The notes: generated by a model not told the origin, from the letters alone. DNA of 64,000 nucleotides from Azolla caroliniana (GCA_043228905.1 JBHGNT010000015.1:3782001-3846000); one strand, 5' to 3'. Shown: positions 46,540-57,401, counted from the first letter of the stretch. Numbers and translations are program-made.

Positions 46540-46877
46540 CAGGACACACTATTCTTCAAAATTATATGAATACTCTGTGCTCTCTGTGTAGAACGCGCTC
46601 ATCAGCGCTATTTATACAAGTCCACACAGGGCTATTAGAAGTACGGTGTACTTCAATGCTCACACGAGCATCTGACACTAACTACGAGACTATAATTGCA
46701 TAGTAGTCTAATCTATACTAGGCTTCCAGTTACGGATTGGATCCGGCATACCGGCTCCCCAACTCACCGGTCCTTACTGCTTACCGGCTCGGTTGCTCAC
46801 CGGCATACCGATTCATCTCGCTTATCGGCTCAGGCTTATTCAGCCGATCCGGCTCCGGTTGAGCTTGCTGCTCAACA
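40801..46877 (-). mobile_element. Copia element Y, nested in the chromovirus gag zinc knuckle
   Basis: LTRs at 40801-41264 and 46446-46877. TSD GACAG. PBS TGGTATTAGAGC at 46434-46445. PPT at 41265. Splits [14 protein letters not shown]|PHRPRR. Confidence 0.95.
41591..46340 (-). pseudogene. Copia Y gag-pol, frameshifted
   Basis: CWYCGKKGHKESEC knuckle, LRSDGEKE integrase, LYVDDL RT, VADIFTK RNase H. Confidence 0.92.
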
Positions 46878-46882
46878 GACAG

Positions 46883-47852
46883 TTTACCGCGATATGCCCT
46901 GGTCCACCGCAATAAAGACATAGTCGGTTTGCTTGGCGTCGTTGCTTTTCTTCTTCCAATAGCGGTCCACGACGACGTGTGGTGTCAATTTCCATCGGAG
47001 TTGGATTACTTACTAGAGGCGCATTATATGACTCCCTCGGAAAAGGTTTCGCTGCCACTAAGGTGTAGGTAGCCTCTTATCTTGCCTTCGGAATCTGGAA
47101 TTGTCGTTCCGAACGTCGTTCGAAGAGTCGGTTGTCGCATCTCACCGCGCGACTGATTGCTTCTGTTAATGACTTTGACTCTTCGGGGAAGGTCAAGAGT
47201 AAATCCTTGACATCATTGCGTAAACCATAACGAAATTGCTCCATCAATGTGTGATCATCCCAAGGGATATGGGCAGCGAGTAGGCGGAAATCTGCAACGT
47301 ATGCGGAGGCTGGACGGTCACCTTGGCGTACTCGCCGGATTTTGTTGATTGTAGTCCTTATGCTGTCAGTATCTCCAAACTGACCTTAAACTCACTTATA
47401 AATTCTTCAAAACTGTTTAGTAATGGAGATTCCTTTTCCAACACTGTAGCAAACCATGCTAACGCTGAGCCACTAAGGAGAGTGCCTACTAGTCCCACTC
47501 GTGATGCATCGGTGAGATATCGAGAAGGATGCATTTGTATCACTAAACGTATCTGATTCAAAAACCCTCTAAACTGTGATCGGGTCCCATCAAATTTTGC
47601 AGGAAGACCGATCTTGGGTTCTTTGTGAATCCCTTGAGTGCTTGATCCTTGTTGTTGTAATGATACGATAATCGCTTCGAGTTGTTGTACACGTAACGTC
47701 AGCTCCCCATGTTGTTGTTATTTTTCCAACGCTATTTGTTGAAGATCCCCCAACAAACGATGATTTTCTTGTTCTAGTGCTACAAATTTCTCTTTTAAGC
47801 ATTGGAGCTCCGAGAAAACAGATTGGTATTCTTGAGCGCTAGCAGTTTCCAT
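46883..47852 (-). pseudogene. Chromovirus gag (retrotransposon gag plus CCHC knuckle)
   Basis: ATG at 47852; [26 protein letters not shown]. Confidence 0.85.
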
Positions 47853-47925
47853 TTTACTAGGGAGGATAAGAGGATTAGTAAGAAGATAAAAGGAAGAAAA
47901 GGAAGATACGGAAGGAAGAACGGCA

Positions 47926-47937
47926 AAATCAGTTCAA
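47926..47937 (-). promoter_or_regulatory. Self-priming primer-binding site of the chromovirus
   Basis: TTGAACTGATTT, 2 nt after the 5' LTR, complementary to AAATCGGTTCAA at 48157-48146, which starts 33 nt after TATAAAA. Confidence 0.75.
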
Positions 47938-50900
47938 ATTGTCAGGAACAGTATTAAGACAGAGAAGGAATTAGTACTAAAAAAAGTATTAGTACTAAGA
48001 GAGGTGAAGGACTCTCGAGAGAAGGAAAGAGTGAGTGAGAGGGAGGGAGGGAGGGAGAGAGAGAGAGAGAGAGTGTGATGATAAGAAAAGATATATATTA
48101 TGTGAAGAGAATGTACAGTAGTAGCTAGGAGGCTTAAGACTGGCGTTGAACCGATTTGGTTCGAAATAATGCCTTGTGCCTCCTTTTATAGTGTTCTGAG
48201 GAATACTCCTGAAGTTTCTAGAATGTTCCAAAGAAATCTGGAATATACATCAATTTTCTATAATAAAACATAAATGAAAATAATATTTTATGTATTACAA
48301 TGTATGGTCTAATGGTCAAGAGCTCGACCCATGTAGCAAAAGGTCATGGGTTCGAGTCTTGCCATATCATGACACTTCTGGCGTCACTCCGCCTCGCTCG
48401 CGCTCCTCATCCGGTCCGGTCCCGTTTGCCGTGACTCTTTTGATTCTGCGCACCTCGACCTCCTTGGTCGGCTTGTCTGCTCAACATGCCCAATTCAGCT
48501 CCCTCGCTACTCTGACTTTGGTGCTTGCCGATTCGTCGATTCTTTTGTGTTGGCGTCGACTTTCGCTGCCTTGAATTGATCCGGTTCTTTTGAATCTGTC
48601 AGTTGAACCGAATCAGTTGTCTTCGATTTGTTGCAACTCTTGTCCGAATCGGTCGCTCCCGATTTGTCTTCCGGTTCCAAGCCCTTCACCACATCGGACC
48701 ATGTCCGGGTCTTGGCCTTCTTCATTTGGTCGACTCTATCCTTTTTTACTCTGCCACCGCTGCCGCTTGTTCCGACTTGTTCGGATATGTCAACTTCCTT
48801 TGTTGACTCGGCTCCTTTCTTGTTCTTGTCTCTCCCTTTGTCGGTTCTTCCCTCACCGGCGCAATCAACAGTTTCTTTGCCTTTGCACATTCCGGTGTCT
48901 TTGCCCGTTCTCCCCCTCAAGTGTGGCACGTCGAGATGCTGAACACCAAGCATTTCGGTGAAGTGCTGCAACTTGTCCGATCCAAGCGGTTTGGTGAAGA
49001 TGTCGACAACTTGCCGATCCGTATGAACATACCGAAGTTCGACTTCACCGCTCCGGACATGCTCACGCACGAAGTGGTAGTGCACTTCTATGTGCTTTGT
49101 ACGAGCATGGAATACGGGGTTCTTGGCGAGCTGCATGCGGCTTATGTTGTCGCAGTAGATCAAGATCGGAGTCGACACCTCGATCCGCAGGCCTTGCAGC
49201 AGTCGCCGAAGCCAAATGGCTTTACAAGTGGCAACGGTAGTGCCCCAGTATTCAGCCTCATTGCTCAAAAGGGCCACTGTTGGTTGCTTTTTGCTGCTCC
49301 ACGCAATAGTCGCGCTACCAAGGGAAAACATATAGCTGGAGCTGGATCGGTGATCCGATGCATCGCCGGCCTAGTCAACATCGGTGTAGTTGACTAGCTC
49401 TTCGGTTATACCATGCCGGTCCTTCGTGCTGCTCACATATCGCAAAATTCAATGCGCGCACAGAAGGTGCTCCATGGTCGGCTTCTACATATATTGGCTG
49501 ATCACGCCGACCGGATAACTGATGTCGGGTTGGGTGATTGTCAAATATATAAGGCTTCCGACGATTTGTCGGAACCGCTTCTCATCACAGGCTAGTCCGG
49601 AATCGGGATGGAGCTTCTGGTACCGGTCCAGGGGTGTGGAGATCGGTCGACATTCCGTCATGCCGAACTTGTACAACATATTCAACACATAGTGTCTTTG
49701 TGAGAGCAATATGTCGTCGGGGGTTTGGAACACCTCGATCCTAAGGAAATAGTGAAGGTCCCCTAGGTCCTTCATCTCAGATGCGTCCGACAACTGGGAC
49801 TTGACTCGGCTGATTTCATCGAGTCCGGGTCCGGTGGTGACTAGATCATCAACATATAGCAAGATGCAAACCGGACCGTCCGGACCTTGCCGGATGAACA
49901 ACGAAGAGTTGGACTTGGAGGCCGCAAACCCAATCTTATGCAACTGGTGCGTGATCTTCGCATTCCAAGCTCAAGCGGCTTGCTTCAAGCCATAAAGTGA
50001 CTTCTTCAGCCGGCATATCGCCGACTTGTTCATCTCTGATTGGAAATTGGGGGGTTGGGTCATAAAGACCTCTTCTTCAAGATCGCCTTGAAGAAATGCA
50101 TTCTTCACGTCCATCTGGTGAAGATGCCACCCCCTTGCCGCAACTGGTCACCGACACCACATGAACCGTCGTCATCTTCGCTACTGGAGCGAAGGTCTCA
50201 TCGTAGTCGATTCCGTGGGTTTGTGTGTATCCCTTCGGCACTAACCGGGCCTTGTACCGGTTAACCGAACCGTCGGCATTGTACTTTACCTTGTACACCC
50301 ACTTACATCCGATCGGTTTACAGTGTCGGGGAGGGTCAACTAGGTCCCATGTGTCGTTGGCATCTAGTGCCTGCATTTCTTCCTCCATAGAGGCACGCCA
50401 ATTTGTGTCCTTTGCCACTTCTGCGTAGCTCTCCAGCTCACGCACTTCCACCACTTTGGTCATGTACGCATAGTGATGCGCCATGTACTCATTGTACCCA
50501 TACCACGCCACGGGGTTCTTCAGGCGGGAAGACCGACATAATTTGGTATTACCCGGTTTGGGGCCCTTCTTGACCAGGTCAGACTTCGTTCCCGAACATC
50601 TGCCTTCATCCTTTCCGGAGTTGGATTCGCTCCGATCCGACTCAACGTTGCCGGTTTCGTATTCCGGCATCAGCTTCTTCACCTTCTCTTTGTGCGTGAA
50701 CCATCTCCTCAGTTCCTTGCGCAGGGAGAGCATGGCGGAGTCTTCACTACTCATCGGTTCCTCATCTGACTGGTCATCCCGACTCAGCTGCTCATTTGGT
50801 CCACTTAGCCGGAATGAGGTCGGACTCTCTTCTAGAGTGCCGAAGTCTTCATCTTCTACCTGGACCTCCTCGGGCTCACTAGCCTTATCCTCCAGTATCG

Positions 50901-51999
50901 GGCCGGGGTCGGAAGTCGGAGCTGGTAAGGCATACCATGATGCCATCTCATCAAACTTAACATCCCGGCTAACTCGGACCTACTTCGTCCGTGGGTATAA
51001 CACTTATACCCTTTTTGCTCATGCGAGTAACCGACCAGGATGCATTTCTCCGACTTTGCATCAAACTTCCTCCGCTTCTGATCCGGTACATGCACATATG
51101 CTATGCTACCAAATATCCGAAGGTGTCTCAAATTCGGCTTGCACCCGAAATACAGCTCGTGTGTTGACACCTTGTCACCGATCCGGTTTTGGATGTAGAC
51201 GGCCATCCGGACCACCTCAGCCCAGTAGAAATGGGGCATGCTCTTCTCCTCCAGCATTGCCCTTGCCGCGTCGACAATCGATCGGTTCTTCCTTTCAACC
51301 ACATTGTTTTGCTCCGGTGTGTACCTACAACTGAATTCTCTCCAAATTCCATTCTGCTGCAGCTAACTGTTGAATTGGCCTGAAAAGTATTCTTTCCTGC
51401 CATCCGACCGCAAGCACTTGATCTTCCTCTCCATTTCCCGTTCACCCAAGCTTTGAAGGTTCCGGAAACACTCGAAGACTTTGCTCTTCCTCTCGATGAG
51501 GTAGATCCACGTGTGGCGGCTGTAGTCATCGATGAAGGAGACAAAATACCGACTCCCACCAAGACTAACGTTTTGTGTCGGTCCCCATAGTACATCTGAA
51601 TGGATTAAATCGAGCTTGTTATGGCTCCGGTTTCGATCAGTGGGGAATGGAAGCCGGTGCCGGTGTTGCTTCCCGAGTTGGCAGGCTTCACAAATTTTGG
51701 CAAACCGAAAACAACTTGTTTCGATTGCAGGTCTTGAAGCCTCCGATAATTGACGTGGCCAATCCACTTGTGCCACAGGTCGATGTGCGATTCGACCTTC
51801 TGCCCTTTCGCAAACATAGCGGTGCCGACATCATTAGTGTTGAGGATGAACATCCTTATGTCTCTACGCCCTTGCGCAATTATCCGGCCCTCTTCCTCGA
51901 TGAAGCACCCGAGGTGCGTAAATCGTACTTGCATCCCTTGGTCGACGATTTGTCCAACCGACACCAGGTTCTTTGTGATAGTCGGAACGTGGAATACGT

Positions 52000-52641
52000 T
52001 GTCGTGACGATTTTCGGCTACGGTGTGAAACCGAGTGAGATGAATAAACCAAGGATGTGCAACATTGCACATGCACTTAGCAAATAAACCTAGCCTAGTG
52101 GCACTTGAGTTCATACAGAGGGGTGCAAGCAAGGATTGAACCTTGCACCTCTAAGATACAAGATAATTGCCTTACCACTAGGACAACTATCATATAGTGT
52201 AGATTTTATGTATTTCCTTTTCATATACAAATTATAGACGAAACAACCATAGAAAACCATGTGCACAAAACCATGGTTTTAAACCCATGGTTTGTGCATG
52301 ACATAAGCAAAACCGTGTGCACAAAACCATGGTTTTAGCCCATGGTTATGTGCATGTCACGAGCATGGAAATACCTATAAAAGCCTCTAGTTGGGCTTGT
52401 GTAAGGGGGGCTCAATATGTGATATCACCAACACCATTATCATCAATATAATTATATTTGTCTTTATCTTCTTCATTATTTTCTACTTCTCAAGTGTACA
52501 AGCTTTCTTCTTCTCAAGTGAACAAATTCCGTCTAATCTTACATTGATCGTCATCTCTTCGATAATTCCGCGAACATCCTCCCCAGTCCAAGACCCCGGT
52601 GGTCGCTCGAGTAGCACACGCACGCGCGAATCTTCGCGACA
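52000..52641 (+). mobile_element. Solo LTR (642 bp) inserted in copia X
   Basis: TGTCGTGA...TCGCGACA termini. 4-bp TSD ACGT (51996-51999 and 52642-52645); removing the insert restores the host GGAATACGTTCATC. TATAAAA at ~52376. Confidence 0.8.
52127..52192 (-). promoter_or_regulatory. tRNA-like A box/B box cassette inside the solo LTR
   Basis: Minus strand reads TGTCCTAGTGGTAAGGC...GCAAGG-TTCAAT-CCTTGC, a T-arm-like hairpin. Confidence 0.55.
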
Positions 52642-54335
52642 ACGTTCATCAGCTTCCCCTTTTGTCCTAGATGGCTTAAAGGGACTTCTCCGACATGCAC
52701 AATCGGGTGAGGGGTGTCGTCTCCAGTTTCGACAATCCTCGGTTGTTCCGGTTTCTCCAAAAGGGAGAACCACTCTTCATGGCTCGTCATGTGGTTGGAC
52801 GCTCCGGAATCAACGTACCATACTTCCTCCGATTTGGAAGTAGTCTTCTTCATTGAGTTAGCCTTGTGTTTCATCACGAAGGCTGGACCTTTACTGGTTT
52901 TCCCGTTTCTGGATCCTTCCGATCCTTCCGTGTAGTGCGAGTATTGTCGGTTCTCTCTGCCAGCCTTGCCGGATCCAGATCTGTCCGAATCGGCGCGCTT
53001 CTTCCAACACTCTCTTTCTGTGTGGCCCTTTTTACCACAGTACCAGCATTCCGTGTTAGCCTTTGCTTGCCGGCCTCCAGCGCCGCCTTGACTCCCCCTG
53101 CTTGTGGAGGGTCTGGAACTGCTCTCGGCACGTTCTCTGTGCCTTCGGTCCTACTCTTGCCGGCCACTACCATTGCAAACCGACCTGCCTCGTCCACCAC
53201 GGGTGTCGGTGGGTGCACTTGTTAACGCACCGGCGTGATTCTCCTCTACAAGGAGCATCTACTGTAAGTAAAAAAATGATGGCGTATTCTCCCTTGTACA
53301 TACCGCCGTTCGGAGCGCTCTGAACTTAGATGCTAGGCCCCCAAGACAGATCTGCACCGTCTCATCTTCCTCTACAGTGACGTTGATAGAGGCAAGTGAG
53401 TCACAGATCTCTTTGATTCGGGTCGTGTAATCGGCTACTGACGTGTCCTTCTGTCGGACATTGCTCAACTCCTGTCGGAGTTGCAGCTTCCGAGCCGTAG
53501 TACTTGCCGCGAAAACCTTCTTCAGGTTTCTCCAAGCTTCTTTTGGCATCTTGGCATCTCGGACATGGCTCAGTAGCTGGTCTCCGACACTGGACGCAAA
53601 GTAGTATATCACTATGCTTGCCGCTTGTTCCCACACTGGGAAGTTCTTGTGTGCCGCATCAGGTGTTGTGTCGTTAGCTCTGTCGACATAGCTCCAATAA
53701 CCATGCCCAAGCAGGTACTGGTGCAACTTGTATGACCAAGATGCGTAGTTGGATCTGTCAAGCTTCCCCATCAGGAGCGAGCTAGCCATTCCTCTGTCCA
53801 TCACTTCTCTTTCTGCTCTTATCGGGTCTTAGGGTTTGTCTTCAGATGTTGATGTCGGCTGCAGAGGTTCTCAACCCTCGCGCTCTGATACCATGTGAAT
53901 GTTAATGTGCGGAAGCGTCAGATAGAACCGGCTCAGCCGGATAGCAATAGAAAATGACATGAAGGTTTAATGGAAAAGCTTAAAACACAAAGTATATACG
54001 GGAGAGACAGAGAGAGCAGAACATAGAACTATATTCAAAATTAACTCTAAAACTCTGTACATACAACGTGCTCAACAACACTATTTATACAAGTCCTAAG
54101 AGGACCGACAGAAGTATAGTGTACTTCAATGCTCACACGAGCGTCTCACACTAACTACAAGACATTAACTACCTAGTAGTCTAGGCTGCTACTAGGCTTC
54201 CGATTATTGCTTGATCGGCCTAATCGGCTCCCCAGCTCACCGGCTCACCGATCCGGCTCATCCTTCTGGATGCCGATCCGGCTCAGGCTTATTCAGCCGA
54301 TCCGGATCCGGTTGAGCTTGCCGCTCAACACGGGT

Positions 54336-55952
54336 TGACCGGCGTAACTGTTTGTTACCCGGTTTGAGGCCCTTCTTGGCTGCTACCTAATATCTGAAGG
54401 TGTCTCAAATTTGGCTTCCGCCCGAAATACAGCTCATGTGCTGACACCGTGTCCCCGATCCGGTTTTGGATGTACATGGCCGTCCAGACCGCCTCAACAC
54501 AGTAGAATTTGGACAGGCTCTTCTCCTCCAGCATTGCCCTTGCCGCGTCGACAATTGACCGGTTCTTTCTTTCGGCCACACCGTTTTGTTCAAGTGTATA
54601 TCGGCAACTGAATTCTCTCCAAATTGGCCGGAAAAGTATTCTTTTCCGCCATCCGACCGCATGCACTTTATCTTCCTCTTCGTTTCCCTTTCGACTAAGC
54701 TTTGAAGGTTCCGGAAATAGTCGAAGACTTCAATTTTCTTCTCGATGAGGTAGATCCACGTGTGTTGGATGTAGTCGTCGATGAAGGAGACGAAATACCG
54801 ACTCCCACCAAGACTAACGTTCTATGTCGGTTCCCATACATCCAAATGGATTAGATTGAGCTTGTTACAGCTCCAGTTTCATTCGGTGGGGAATGGAAGC
54901 CGATGTTGCTTCCCGAGCTGGCAGGCTTCACATATTTGGGCCTTCCAGCCACTGAACTTCGGCAATTCAAACACAACTTTTTTCGATTGAAGATCTTGAA
55001 GCCTCTAGTAGCTGACATGGCCGATCCGCTTATGCGAGAGATCGATGTCCGATTCAATCATCTATCCTTTGGCAAACATGGCGGTGCCAACGTCATTTGT
55101 GTTGAGGATGAACATCCTCCCTTCTCTGTGCCCTTGCGCGATTATCCGTCCTTCTTCCTCGATGAAGCACCCCAGGTGCGTAAACCGCACCTGCATTCCC
55201 TGGTCGACGATTTGTCCGACCGAGACCAGGTTCTTTGTGATTGTCGGAACGTGTAGTACGTTCATCAACTTCCCCCTTTGTCCAACATGGCTTAAAGGAA
55301 CTTCTCCGACATGCACAATCGGGTGAGGAGTGTCGTCTCCGGTTTCAACAATTCCCGGTTGTTCCGGTTTCTCCAAAAACGAGAACCACTCTTTGTGGCT
55401 CATCATGTGGTTTCACGCTCCGAAATCAACATATCATACTTCCTCCGATCCGGAAGTGGTCTTCTTCATCGAGTTCTCCTTGTGCTTCATGAAGACTTGC
55501 CCTTTTCCGGTCTTCTCGTTTCCGGATCCTTCCGATCCTTTTACGTAGTGCGAGCTTTGCCGATTCCCTTGTCCGGCCTTGCCGGATTCGGATTTATCCG
55601 AATCGGCACGCTTCTTCTAGCACTCACTCTCTATATGGCCTTTCTTGCCACAATACCACCATTTAGTGTTGGTTTTCGACTGCCAGTTTTCGGCTTCGAC
55701 TTGACTCCCCCCACTTGTGGAGGGTCCGGAACTACTATCGGCACCGTCTCTGTGCTTCAGGTTCTACTTTTGCCGGCTACCTCCATTGTGTTCCAACCCA
55801 CCTTGTCCTCCACGCCCACAGGGTCGATTCGCTTCCGTGTACATCATCCGGCTATTTGATTGAGTGATCCTCGACCCACTTGCGTGGTTTTCTTCGACCA
55901 TCAACATGGATTGTAAGTCGAAGAAGGACGGTGGCTTCTCCCGGGTGCAAAT
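54336..55952 (-). pseudogene. Copia Z integrase, protease and gag-knuckle remnant
   Basis: QNGVAERKNR, SHKEWFSFLEKP, FFDLQSMLMVEE. Confidence 0.85.
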
Positions 55953-56219
55953 TTGCCATTCAGATTGGCTTGTACTGTTGGGCATTGTGTGAATCATGTG
56001 TAGAGAATGTTGGTCGCAATGAGGGTAAGAATCTGTTTTATAGCGAGCCAATCTAACAATGACCATGTGAGTTTCTTGATGCGAAAATAATTTCCTTCAG
56101 ACAATGTTGGACAAGTATCGGCACAAGTTGCTAAACATCATAAAGACTTGATGGCGTAATTGGTTCTTGTTTCATTATTTTTCTTATAGAAGATTTTTTT
56201 TTAAAAACTTATCATACGT

Positions 56220-56290
56220 GTATAGGTGGTCTAGTGGCAGATTACTAACCTTCCACAGTACAAACCAAGGTTCGATTCTCGACCAATGTA
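56220..56290 (+). pseudogene. tRNA-Gly pseudogene, 232-bp repeat copy 1
   Basis: GTATAGG acceptor, broken anticodon stem. Confidence 0.8.
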
Positions 56291-56451
56291 ATACGTATGA
56301 ATCCTAGACCATTAACTTACTATATTTAGCACTCAAGATTCCATATAAACATCATAAAGTTGCTAAACATCATAAAGACTTGATGGCGTAATTGGTTCTT
56401 GTTTCATTATTTTTCTTATAGAAGATTTTTTTTTAAAAACTTATCATACGT

Positions 56452-56522
56452 GTATAGGTGGTCTAGTGGCAGATTACTAACCTGCCACAGTACAAACCAA
56501 GGTTCGATTCTCGACCAATGTA
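56452..56522 (+). pseudogene. tRNA-Gly pseudogene, 232-bp repeat copy 2
   Basis: Same lesions as 56220. Confidence 0.8.
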
Positions 56523-56683
56523 ATACGTATGAATCCTAGACCATTAACTTACTATATTTAGCACTCAAGATTCCATATAAACATCATAAAGTTGCTAAAC
56601 ATCATAAAGACTTGATGGCGTAATTGGTTCTTGTTTCATTATTTTTCTTATAGAAGATTTTTTTTTTAAAACTTATCATACGT

Positions 56684-56754
56684 GTATAGGTGGTCTAGTG
56701 GCAGATTACTAACCTGCCACAATACAAACCAAGGTTCGATTCTCGACCAATGTA
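56684..56754 (+). pseudogene. tRNA-Gly pseudogene, 232-bp repeat copy 3
   Basis: Same lesions as 56220. Confidence 0.8.
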
Positions 56755-57036
56755 ATACGTATGAATGTCAAGCAAATGGAGTGCACTAAAGATTTCAATA
56801 CATGGGCATTGTACAAATCAGATGTAGAGAATGTTGGCCGCAACGAGGGTACGAAACAGTTTTAGCGCGAGCCAATCTAGCAATGAACATGTGAGTTTGT
56901 TGATGTATAAAGAATTTCCTTAAGAGAACCTTAGACAAGTATGGCCACAAGTTGCTAAACATCATAAAGACTTGATGACGTAATTGGTTCTTGTTTCATC
57001 ATTTCTCTTATAGAACACGAAAATATTTTAACACTT

Positions 57037-57107
57037 GCATTGGTGGTCTAGTGGTAGAATAGTACCCTGCCACGGTACAGACCCGGGTTCGATTCCCGGC
57101 CAATGCA
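57037..57107 (+). tRNA. trnG-GCC: tRNA-Gly(GCC), intact, A-type
   Basis: GCATTGGTGGTCTAGTGGTAGAATAGTACCCTGCCACGGTACAGACCCGGGTTCGATTCCCGGCCAATGCA: 7-bp acceptor stem, GTACC/GGTAC anticodon stem, CCGGG/CCCGG T stem. Confidence 0.97.
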
Positions 57108-57330
57108 ATTCGAATGAATCCTAAAACGAAACTTACTATATATAGCACTCAAAATTCCACATCTAGAGTGAGAATATTGGCCGCAGTAATGGTACGAAGC
57201 AGTTTTCTAGGGAGCCAATCTAACCATGAACATGTGAGTTTGTTAATGCATAAAAGACATGATGATGTAATTGCTTCTTGTTTCGTTATTTTTCATAGAG
57301 AAGATGAAAATCTTTTAACATGTCATACTT

Positions 57331-57401
57331 GCATCGGTGGTCTAGTGGTAGGATAGTACGTTGCCACGGTACAAACCCAAGTTCGATTCTCGACCGATGT
57401 A
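57331..57401 (+). pseudogene. tRNA-Gly(GCC) variant, C-type
   Basis: GCATCGG/CCGATGT acceptor, T stem mismatched. Confidence 0.75.

Larger units (their letters stand above)
36633..48374 (-). mobile_element. Ty3/gypsy chromovirus (Tcn1/Tf1-sushi-like), nested in X
   Basis: LTRs at 36633-37065 and 47940-48374. TSD CTTCT. PPT AAGTGGGGATAG. Domain order gag, PR (LLDSGA), RT (YLDD), RNase H (EADASDF), IN, then a chromodomain ([12 protein letters not shown], ~37110-37300). Confidence 0.95.
48507..53804 (-). pseudogene. Copia X gag-pol, frameshifted and interrupted by a solo LTR
   Basis: KLDRSNYASWSYKL gag, WYVDSGASNHM protease, and IN, RT and RNase H motifs. Confidence 0.92.
36118..54330 (-). mobile_element. 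Copia element X, nested in Z
   Basis: 437-bp LTRs at 36118-36554 and 53894-54330. TSD TGGGT/CGGGT. PBS TGGTATCAGAGC at 53882-53893. PPT at 36555. Broken gag-pol at 48507-53804. Confidence 0.93.
33449..55952 (-). mobile_element. Copia element Z: outermost, 5'-truncated, inserted in the tRNA array and carrying nested elements
   Basis: 3' LTR 33449-33880 (TG..CA) with PPT at 33881. RT/RNase H remnants at 34160-36100. IN/PR/gag-knuckle remnants at 54336-55952. No 5' LTR. Confidence 0.85.

Noticed and set aside
56960-57000. TGATGA in the array spacer as a snoRNA C box (tRNA-snoR43-like dicistron)
   Set aside because: No CTGA D box or terminal stem downstream, and it lies beyond the first T4 run rather than directly after the tRNA
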